From: Styela clava
Lineage: Eukaryota
Length of the DNA stretch: 64,000 nucleotides
Assembly: GCF_964204865.1 (NCBI RefSeq)
Contig: NC_135251.1
Coordinates: 18,848,001 to 18,912,000, forward strand
Direction of reading: 5' to 3'
The position numbers were made by a program, and so were the translations under genes. The notes under the pieces are model-generated. The model did no database searches, was not told where the DNA came from, and worked only from the letters and a program-made list of their open reading frames with translations. Positions 13,101-25,100 of the stretch are shown here, piece by piece. Numbering within the stretch: the stretch's first letter is position 1; the number at the start of each line of letters is the position of its first letter.

Positions 13101-16100
13101 TATGGCCTAACCCTAACCTGGTACACATACTATGTTCAGGTGTCTGCCATTTTGGTTCACATACTATGGGAAAGCCGACAAATTTGCAAAAATCATTGTG
13201 AATTGACAAAAATTGAATTGGGCAATGCAGAATAGTTTGATAAACAATGTTTTGATTGACCTAAAGGCTAATAACAAAAACTTTTCAGTAGGAAATATAC
13301 TCTTGTGAAAAAATTCCTCTTGAAAATATATATTTCCAATATCGAATCGAAAATTTGATTCGCTCTGTATGACCTGGATTTGAGTCAACACTCAAATAAA
13401 AGGGGGAAGAAATATCAATAAATTATCTGCAAAAAATACAATCCAATACATTGTTAATCCTCACCATGCCTTCAGGAGTTCTTAAACCTCGAGGTCCAGG
13501 AGACATCATTGACCTTCCACCTTTTCCACTGCTGGCTGATGAGCTTCTACAAATAAATTTTTATACGTTCTTGTGCCTTTACTCAGAACACGGCTCTGCA
13601 CAAGCAGTCACTAATGAATAGAGAGTACTATTTTTCAAAGTCTTTCCAGTTTGAAATATTCTACCTGATATATTACACCTTGGGTGAAATGGTGGGCAAA
13701 GAGTTTGAACTAAATATTTTCAATCTGTGATTACAACATAGTTATATCTAACGCTCTTTGAAAAATATATTCATAAAACATTGATAAAATTTTATTCAAT
13801 ATAATTTAAATTTTAAGCTGACAAGCACAACAAAAAATACTTTATCTAACAAAAAATAAACTATGGCTCGGCGGTGCGTCACATCGTGCTAAGCGTTAGG
13901 GATACCTCTGATTACCCTGCATGGGGTCTCAGTTTTTGAATCCTGTGGGGGATAAATATGTGCGAAAGGATTGCTCGAATCTTTTGCCACCATAAGTTGG
14001 TTCATGTAGTCACTGGTCGGTTCCTCCACCATCAAGTCCATGCATCTGAGACAAATAACTGGCCAACTAATCCCATATCCGACATGGTCTGGTAACCAGA
14101 CGAGAGGCTGTGGTTCGCCATATGGTTAAGCCGTGTTATTGGCTTCTTTCCGCCCGGGATAAATATATGAATCCTAATTGAATTTTATTAATCATTACAC
14201 CAACCTTGTAAGTAAATTGTTGTTCCCCATATTCTCTGAAATCGATTTGAGAGATGAAGAATGCTGCAGTGGCATGTGTGATCCTAGGCTTACACCAGGG
14301 GACATAGAGTCTGTTCTTCTTAAAGTTGTCATTCCTGTGTGAACCAATAAATCAATTGATAAATTGTATAGCCTGATTCTAACCAGACCATTTGAAAAAA
14401 TTTTGGTACTTTTGGGACAAAAAAAATATGTCTTTAATATTGCTACTCAAAAAGAGACAAAAATACATTTTAGAATTTCGCTTTGGATTTATCTTAATTT
14501 AACAAAACGAAACCTCCATAATAATTCAAACTCATTTTTTATAATTACGTATATAATATATTATAGAATAATTTTTGTCAGATCATCAAATCACAATTGC
14601 CTAAAATGACAAATTACAGATAAAATTTTTTTAGTTATTCTTAAAATAAAGAATAAAGAAATAAAGAATAGGCTGTATCGAATTATAGCTACTCTGAATG
14701 TATTCATTATTCAATTCATTTGATTTGTGTAATTGAAGTTTTGTGAGAATTTTACCTTGTCTGTGCTGCATTGCAAGTAACTCATTGAGAGCATCAGTTT
14801 CGATATTCATTTGCTGTTAAAATTAAATGTCTAATTATCTTTCGACTTTTCAACAATAAAAAAAATTATGAGTTCAAGCATACCGCCTGAAAGGAATCTT
14901 GCGAAGTCTCAAACACAGGAAAATCTGAATTTTCAATCGGATAAGATTTCTGGCGGCTTGCTCTTCTACCTGAAAAATCAATTGAATAAAATTTATTTTA
15001 TTTATAAATAAATTTAAGTCAAGCGCCCCCAATTTTTACAAGGTGCTAAAGTTATTCACTTCGTACCAATCACGATGACTATATAAATTCTGAAATGTCT
15101 GTGATTTGTCGAATTCTTTGGCAGTGATGCATTCATTTTTTTTGCTTCAGTTCTTCCCTTTTTTAATATTAATTGCATAATAACTGATAGAAATGCGTTG
15201 AAAGAAAAACTAGGTATTTTAATTGACGAGCAAAGGGCCACCTGTATTCAACAGCGAAAACACTTATCACAGTATATGGGAAAAACTAACAAGCAAAATT
15301 ATTGGCATAAGTTTCTGTCTCAAACTATCGACTGATATTTAAATACAATACCTCTCCCTTGTTGAGGTAATCCTGGTGAAGATAGTCCAGGTGACATCAT
15401 TCCAAATGATAGAGTTGGAGTAACTGGTCCTGTCATCTCATCTACTTCACTCAGTCGCTGAAAAGAGCAAGAAGAGTGGCGAGTGGTAAATATGAGAAAA
15501 GACGCAAAATTGAAATAGACACGTTCGTCATATTATATAATTAGATCATAGAATTGAACCTATGTTATATTTCCAGATATCGTATAAGGTGATAATATTT
15601 TAATTTGAAGAAAACAAGGTGTCATATCTTGAGAAGGCCTAATCAGCTAGAAAAGATAAAAATCATTTTAATACTAGAAACTTCTTAAGCCGTTTCTCTC
15701 AAATCCCTCGATTTGTATGAAATTTACCTGAAACTGCTGCATTCCTGCTGCAGGAGAATGTTGTACAGGAGACATGTTTGGTAGTTGTCCTATTTGATTT
15801 TGTGAATGGGATGAAGGGTAACTCGGAGGGGGCATAGTGTGTGACCCACTCATTGGAATGGGAGGTTCCATGCCACCATATGTTGAACTAGGTGACATGA
15901 ATCCAGATGCCGGATTGAATTGTCCGCTACCACCACTTAACATGGTAGTCAATTGATTAGACTGATATCCTCCTTGTGGAGTGGGGATTTTCCCACCTCG
16001 CTGGGTGTTTGTTTGGGCTTGATCTTGCTCCAAATCGTCTTTTAGAAGACCCATTAGCATTGGGTGACTCTAGAATATAAAAGCTTATGATGAGATGACG

Positions 16101-19100
16101 AAACTGAATAACTTTAGGAATGTGGACTTTCATAAATGGAACCATATTCACGGAATGAATTCGTTCCGGAAGCCACTTCATAAGCAGAAAATTTTGTTAG
16201 TAGGAACGCATTTTACCCTATAAATGCACTAACCTGTGCTGGCCCCCACAAAACCTGGACATACTATTTTCGCTAGAAACTGAGTGAGACGCATTGTATG
16301 TACCCGCGGAACAGAAATGGGCCAATGAGATGACATATAGTTGCTGGGCGTCAGCCAATGGCAGAGCAGCTCAGACGCACCACTTTTGAACCAAGCTGTC
16401 AATCCGCCTAAACGGTCAGAAATGCGCTTTTTCCATTTTCAGCCTTCTCTATTTAAATTTCGTAATCTCTTTTAGTTGGGTTTTCTACTATAATTTGTTA
16501 AAAAGGCTTGGTCAAATTATGATTTTTCAGTTTTCTATAAGGAATTACAAAGTCTGAAATGCAAACTCCCAGCAACTATTTATTTGGGCTCAGATGCCTA
16601 GCTGTAGGGAATTCAGACTTTAATTTCAAGAAAACATTTGAAACTGCGCAGGCACCTCTAAATTTGTCAATAAAGAAGACCACAATTTTTGTGGTAAACA
16701 CTGTCGATAAGCAAACCTTCATAGGAGCTGCTGGTTCCATCATTTCTTGATTATTTGGTATCAGAAGTTGAGTCAACATAGGATTTTTCTGGACTTTTTC
16801 TTTTTTCGGTGTAGCAGGTTTATGGTGATCTGAAAAATAAATAATTCGAGGGCTGGTCATATGGTGAATTTAATGCTCGAAATCAGGCAAAAAATACATC
16901 TTCACACTTTCAAAATGTTATGTTGATAGCACCGTCTGATTGAATTTCAGTATTGATATTCCTATTGCCTAACACAATGTACCAAGAACTAAGTTACGAT
17001 AAGTGAACGCTACCATGAAATATCAGCCCAAATACGGTTAGGAGCCACTAAAATTCCTGATAGCCTTTTCCTCATATATTATTCTAATCTTGGCTCCAGC
17101 GTCAACTCCAAAAAATGTCACAGGTAGATGGTTCCCGGGCATGAACAAACTTGCATTTCGTGGAATAATATTCAGTTGGCCTATCATGAGATTTAAACCT
17201 AAAATGTGTAATCTGCGATGGCAACACAGTAGAGTCTAACACTTTAACTGCTTGGCCTGTTTGTTACAAAGAAAAGAATTCCACATGCCTGGAAGATCAG
17301 TAGAAAAGTCACATACAATTAAATATTTTATCATTCGAGATTCAATTCGAAAAAAAGTAATAGATTCGAATTCCAGCCCTACTACTTACCAACTGGATGA
17401 GGTAATGGGAATTGTGTAGGGGTAGTAGTCATGCTGCCACTGCTTGGAAACACTGTGGGTGTTGGGGTCGACGAACTACTGGAGCGGGACTGTTGATTAA
17501 TCGGAGGTTTCTTCACCACTGTAAGTAATGTAGGTGGGGGTTGGTGGGTAGAGGGAGCAAATAACGGACGAGCCCGATTCACTTCAGCTTCCTTCTTCGG
17601 GTTCTTGATGCTTTGTTCAATGAGTTTTCTGAAATTATGATATATCCGTCTCAATACTTTTTTATACAACGAAGTTATATGCCCTTTTGCTATGAACAAG
17701 GCTCTACACAATCACCCACTACTAAGTAAGGGGCTACTATTGTTTGGAAAGACCGTAATTTTTCCAGTTGGACATTGCATACCAAATTTAATATACACTA
17801 TTATTATACCAAGATTTCAACACGCTTCAACCAATATGTCACCATGCCCACTGAGGACATAACTTGGGTGCTTTTTATTTCCATACAAACTATTTTTTCA
17901 GATTGTATTAGAATAATAAATAATCTGATTTTGTTTATCCCTGATTGGGCTATTTTAACAATTTCCTTCATCTTCCATTCATCTAACTCAGAAACTTGAC
18001 AAAACTATCGCTGCATTTTATTTATCATCTTATATTACTATTAAATTGTTATCACAAATTCATGTCATCAAGGAAACTACCAAAAGGTGTGGGAATGTGA
18101 AAGAAACCAAGGCAGCAGAAAAAAGCATTACAAAAAAAAAAAAAAAGAAGTGACTGGAAGCATCTAGCGCCCAACAGCCTAAATGTAAAGAAATACTGCT
18201 TAAAACAATGATCAGATATCAGCTTAAACAACATCTATTTGTATTTCTTTGTAACATTTCCAAATTTTTCACAATTGGAAAATCTATCCTTTTGTCTTGA
18301 AAACTCCGAAATATACATTACAATCAAAAATTGAAAGAACAATTCTTCACAAATCTGTTACTTTCGCAAATAAACCCTTTAATCTAGTAAGTATTAGATC
18401 AGCATTATCAGATCGATTATTTACCTCATTGTGATTGGAAGTGAGGAACATTTGCTTAAAACTTTTGCAACAAATTCATCAGTACATAGAGGTGGATCAC
18501 CTCGCCCAGTAAATATTGTACAACTCTGAAAACCTGACTTGTCAAGTTTGATTTCCACTGTAAAAAAGAACGAAGCATACACAATAAGAATGTTAGAAAA
18601 ATGATTTCAAAACACAATAAAGAATTTTCAGCAAAGGTTTGCAATTCGCATATTTCGCAATGTTCAGCTGGAAACTGATCAAAAAAATCATTAAAAAATC
18701 ATTTTTTAATAATATCACATAAAAGAATTTGGCATATAACATGCTTTCTTAGCACAGCCCTAGCATAAAAAACAGCCATTGCTTGATGATTAACATACAG
18801 GGTGATCTAAAAAAACGGAACCAATAAATTTCATATTCATTTATAAAATAATGAAGAAAATTTATTTGACTTTGTTTACATTCGAACTTCTGTTTATGTA
18901 AGATTGCATCCAAAAATTTATCTAGGACGCTTTGCACAAAAGTGATGTTCTCTGCACAATTTGTTCCTACTGACTTTCTCATCATTGGAGATAGAATCTG
19001 GTCATTTGGAACATATTCTAGAGCAATGGTTGTCAACCTCTTATACACCTTTAGCAACGCTTTAATTCATGGGTTTATTTATGGGTTTTGATTTTAGGTC

Positions 19101-22100
19101 ACACTTTGAATTAAGGGAATACTCAACTGTCATTTCTCAGAGATAATCCATTAATAATATACAAATGAACAAATTCTAATTTGAAAAACAGAAGAGCTAA
19201 CAAACACTATTTAATTAATATCCAATAATAAGTTTCCCTTCAACAAAAAGGAGAGTAGTAAAAGAATAAATAATACTAAAACACTTACAAGATGCTGTGC
19301 TTTTTGTTGAAGGATGTTCCATTATTACACAAACTTTGTCAATATTTCTGCTACATGATACTTCAAAATACCACTGCTTGTACTTTTTAATCTCTAAAAT
19401 TAATTATATAACATGGATTTACCAATATGTCACAAAACTTTATATACCAGTTGCCTATACACACCACTAAACACCACTCCGTTACGCCATACGTACTTGT
19501 CATCTAAAACATACTGCTATAGATTTATAAAGATCACTGCTGTGATAAATCATAGATAGAGTTCAAACTACTGGTATGAAAAAAGGTCAGATGTTGTCCT
19601 TGCGAGTACCATTCTATACGATAGATGGAAAGGACAACAGGATAGTATCATGAGAGTCTTAAGTTCATAACTTGATCAGAATATATTGAAGCTTATTGAA
19701 AAATGTATCAATATATCTTTCAGAAAAACGTGACATAAGAAAAGTGGATATAAATTAAAATATAAAAAGAGTAAGCATTTTTATCAAATGAGATGCCAAA
19801 GTTATAAATCAAGATATATTCCAAATAATAGATTTGCCAATTTTGAATAATTTCATAAATCTTCTATGGCTTTTCATTCAACTATATAATTTAGTATAAA
19901 TAATATTAGCCTACAAAACTGACATAAGAGCATAGAAGAAAGATAAGTAGTTAGTCCCACAGAAACCCAATCGATAGCGCTATGACTGTACCTCAGGAAA
20001 TATTTAAAATAAAGAAAATGTGAACAAAAGTAGCAGACATCGAAGTTAAATGAGTGAAAACAAATAAATTGCAACACTGAAAATAAATTTGGTTCATAAA
20101 TTCATGTTACAATCTAAATTTTGTTACGAAATCAGTTCTCAATATATCTTAACCAAGTTTGTTTTGTTTCAATCTGTGTTTTACCTAGTTCAATACAGGA
20201 TTCAAACACTTTGTATTATTTATAGCTTCCCTATTATAAAATTTTTCAATTGCATGTTAATAAACCTTATATCTACTTGTTAAGATTCTACAGCACACAG
20301 AATAATAAATTAACTAACATGAAAAACATCTTACCTAATTTTGTATCTCTTATGCAACTTGAAATAAGTGTGTTTAAGTGAGACTGCTTTCTCAGACAAC
20401 ATAATATAGCAGGAACATGGCCAGGATGTGTAAAATAAACTTTATTTACTAAACTTCCCTTCAATTCCGATATATCAAGATGATAAACATGAATCTCATC
20501 ACCAAGAGGTATCTATAAGAAAACAAGACAGCATATACATATATATAGACATAAAAGTAAAATGACTGATATAGCCATTCGGTGAACTTGTCTTAGAAGA
20601 CTTTTGTCTCACTGTATTGACTCATGCTCAGCACATCATAACTGTAATAAGGTGAGTGAGAGGTAAAACAAATGTGGCAAAGTTCATAGGGAAGTGTTCC
20701 TGCCGCAGTGAATACAAACAAAATCAAATCAGTCACACAAACTACATTAAATAGACAGTATATATTCTGCATTACTAAATTAAATTTACATATATGATTT
20801 TTTCCAATTTCTCTGTAGAATATGAAAACATATGGCAACAGTTCCCAAAAGAGGCGATTTGTTAATTACGCCTGGAACATTAACATGATTTGTGTTAAAC
20901 TTAACTAATATATCATTAAATATTTTACATATTGTATTTATTATGAAAGTTTTATTGTTTCCTATTTTAAATGCTGTGTATACAAGTTAATAAATTCATT
21001 CCACCTTTATATGCCATTTACTTTCTGTATCGTTGTTAGTGCCTCTATTGTTACATAACAATAGAGATAGGAACTATTTTCTACAATTTTGCAAACTGCA
21101 GTTTATTTTTTTGCTGAACAGAGTTTAGCAAATCTGAGTAATTCTTCAGCATTTCAAGGGCAAATGACGTATTTGATGTTTTTTTCTATATAACATATAT
21201 AGTTCGAATCTTCGTTATTATTATTATCTGTTAGTTAGACTATTTCAAGGGTGCTGCTACTCGATAACCTATATTGGTTTTTCGCAGTTTTCCTCGCCCT
21301 GAAACACATTTTTCATATTTATTGTAATTTTTTTGTATATCTAATGCGTTTTTAGTATGGCGAAAAATAAATTACTGATTACACATTAACGATCAAAAAA
21401 TTGAATTTTATTTCAAGGCAACAATTTCTTTTTCCTGTTTAAGAGCGCAGTGAGTTTTTCCTAGATAATTTGTCGCCGCACAAACGAAAATTTTGGGAAC
21501 TGCTGATATGTAGAATATATTATTATATTCGAAAATATTATTTCATCCTAATTTGGGTATCACGGACCTAGTAAAAATATCAAAATCAACATACCATAGA
21601 AATCAGTTACAAGGTTATTGAATATTTACATTTTCTACTCCACCAATGTCATATATAATGAATAACTAATTTGTGTAACATTATTGAATAGATTCCAAGG
21701 AGAGAATGTCATAAAATATTCAGAAGGTTTAACATATAAAACCAATCATAGATTAGTCAACTAATCTTCAAAAATCAATAAAAATGTCTGTAAGTCATAA
21801 GATTATTACATGCACAAAATCATTAAAAATGCATATTCAAAATCCATGTAGTATACAATCTATATCCAGCAGCAATATAAACATGACTATACCTTAAAAG
21901 TTTTCTTATTAGCATTCAGTAATTCAAGATATGGCTTGGTTGTGTGATCATCTTCAGAACTGATTCCAAGATCTTAAAGTAAAATGATCTTGCGGAATTT
22001 AAAACTGAAATGGTGGACAAGCGAAGCCAAATAACGAGCTATGAACATCGAAAAAAATCCACAAAAATTATATGCAATACATGATTATTCAAAACAAATA

Positions 22101-25100
22101 AAAGATTTGAAAAAATTAAAATCTTAGACATTTTCACATTTTTTTCAAATCACTTCCGAATATATTATGTCTGAAAATTTATCATTTGGATAGAATAGCT
22201 AATCCGAATATTAATATACTTAATATCAATATACTTATATATACTTAATAATAATATTAATATACTTATTAAATACAACAATGAAATTTGCCCTATAATC
22301 AAACGACCATACAGTAGTATTTACTTGTAATTTTTGCGATGTCTTCAACAACTTTAGAAAGCACTGGAACTGGTGGTTTAAGATGAAGTACAAAACATGC
22401 TTGTAGCATCATAGAATTGTGATGACTAATATCTAGAAACCTTGGCATGCTGTCAAAAGTATATGTCATAAATAACAGAGATGAAGAAATTGACAGTTTT
22501 GCAATATAAATAACTATTGAAAGTAAGTCCATAATTGTCTACGCTATTGAAAGAATGATATAATCAAAATAGTCAGGAGTAAGGTCCAACACTCTTACCC
22601 ACGGTTGGGCAAACTGTGGCCAGCCAATGCATTTTGTGCAGCACTGACAATGAGTTATTTTGATTTGTCATATATAACTGATATTTAATTTTTGAATATG
22701 TTTAAATGCTCACCCAGACGCATCAATAGGATGTTTGTTCGTGATCAACGGTGTAATAGGAAGATTACAGGCAGTAGATCTCTGTTCGATACTCACTTCA
22801 GCGTGAAGTCCGATGTGTTTTGGCACTGCAATTTATACATAGATTCAAATATAGAGATTGAGAAATATTTTAAAAAACTTGGAATGCGTCTAAATCTAGC
22901 CTGACATTTAATTCATGGAATACACTGGTACAATATGCTCCATCCTGGCTAATAATATATATTTAAATACAATCCAGTTTTCATACATATTCTAAAATTT
23001 GACATTAATTTTTAATTAACTGTGACATATTGTACTTATTGTACTAAAAACACTAAAAATAATCTCTAAATATATGAAATATAAATGGAAAAATAACTTT
23101 ACAGGTATATCTATTGTCAATTTCTTATTTTTGTTCAAATTAAAATTCTGGAAATCCATAGCCATGATCATAAATAGGCCAGGAATACAAGAAACTTAAT
23201 GTTTCAGTTAGTGACATAATAATATTGTTATTTTCATCAAATTGCCTTATATAAAAATGTATTTGTGTTACTAATAAAGGTGTAGTAACTGATCTCTTTT
23301 TCATGCTTGCCCTAAACATGCAGCCATAGTTTTTTTGAAAGATAAGAAGCTTTTCAGTCCGGAATTGACTACCCAATTTATCACACCCTAGAATGGAACA
23401 TGGGTGAAGGATTTGAAATCGAGATTTTTGGCATGCGATGCCAATGTAGTACTAACCACTATGCCATAGAATTTTACATCACAAAGCAAAACATAACTGC
23501 ATTTTAGGACTATATTATAGCCAACTTACCAACATCATTGAGTGATATTTTCTGTTTGGCAGATGTGTCAATCAAATCATATGGTGAAACAAAGAAAGCA
23601 AAATGTGATCTATCACCAGCCAGTCTAGGAGTCAATACACCAACTGTACCGTTCATTACAATATCCAAAGCAGAAGCATCTTTGTGTGTGTCCCTTCATA
23701 TAGAAATTTGTTGCTATTAACTTAATAGTCCAGAAAGTAATAAGGATTAATCAAAGCAATAATAGCTCGTTAATGTTGAGCAAATCAAAACCATGAAGAA
23801 TTGAAAGAAACTTAATTTCAATTTTCAATTAAGGTCATTCTATTTGTACACACACGTATACACACAAGTATTAAATAAGAGAGCAATGCCTAAATATAAC
23901 AACCATTCCCCAATTAAATATTATAGCAATATCCATCAGTGCCATGAAGACTTTAGATGAGCCCCGGGTTTTCGTAGCGGATCAGCAGAATAGCCTGGTT
24001 GAATGCCAAGTGGGGGCACAATATACACAAAACCAGCAAAATTTGAGTGAAATATCAAAAATTGTATAAAATATGAAAGTAATAATTCACTGGTTAATTC
24101 TGCCGTCATTAGGTACAAAAAATTTAAAATCAATTGTTCGATAGGTTGTGCGGAAAAGCATTTTTTCCACAACAATGAGAATAATTTTGCAAACGATCTA
24201 TAATTACAGTCCATGTCAACCAATACAAAAAATAGATATCTCACTTGTATATTTGACTCATCTTAACCAGGTCAGTTTCAAGAGATTGCAATGACATATA
24301 AACTTTAGTTCTACTTGGTCTACTCCCAGAAGTCAAATACATTTCCGTTAATCCTTGGAGATGGGAGGATAGTTCCAAAAATTTTCCAGCTCTGAAAATA
24401 AAATCTCCAACCTTTAGTGACTAAAGAGCAGTGCTCAAATATATGCACACAATGTCAAAAAGGTTAGCCTACATAAAAAATTTCCATGAACTGCAATAAA
24501 ACAACAAAATTTGGGGTAAATTATCGAGTCCTGCACAACTCGGAGAGAAATTTAAAAAAAATGTAATAGTCTTTTAGTGACTTTGAGTAACAAAAGATTG
24601 AAGTCAATTAGTCTATTAGTTGCGGAGAAAACAATTTTTTCTAACAAATTCCCCTACAACAGGGGTGTGCAAACTGCGGCCCGTGGGCCAAATGCGGCCC
24701 TCTAGGAAAAATTGTGTGACCCGCGGAGAAGTGCCAATTTTGAATAATGTGCGGCCCGGAATACGAGTTTTTAATTGCCTATGACTTTACAATGCTTTAA
24801 CGGCTAGCTTGTGCAAACAACGCATGTCACAAGGTCAACAACCAAACTTTTTGTGCCTGCAACTACTAGATAGCCTATGTTAAGGTGCGGCCCGCGGTTT
24901 CACCCAGTTATTTTAATCTGGCCCTCCTGTATTAAAGGTTGCACAAAACAATCAATCCGCTTTATGAGCAATAATATAAAAATAAAAAAATGACATCTAT
25001 CAATAAGTAATATCCAGACGAAACAAAAATTTCTAACACGCCGGCAGTGAATCTATTACCTTATTATATTAATAAGATGTGGAGAAGTTCTATATTCATC

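Noticed and set aside
18749-19057. 102-aa minus ORF in a MED1 intron that could be a phase 1-1 cassette exon
   Set aside because: The acceptor lacks a pyrimidine tract, and the flanking MED1 exons already align contiguously with known MED1.
23140-23376. 78-aa minus ORF as a possible MED1 exon
   Set aside because: It has no usable splice sites; the homologous segment is encoded by 22825-22714.
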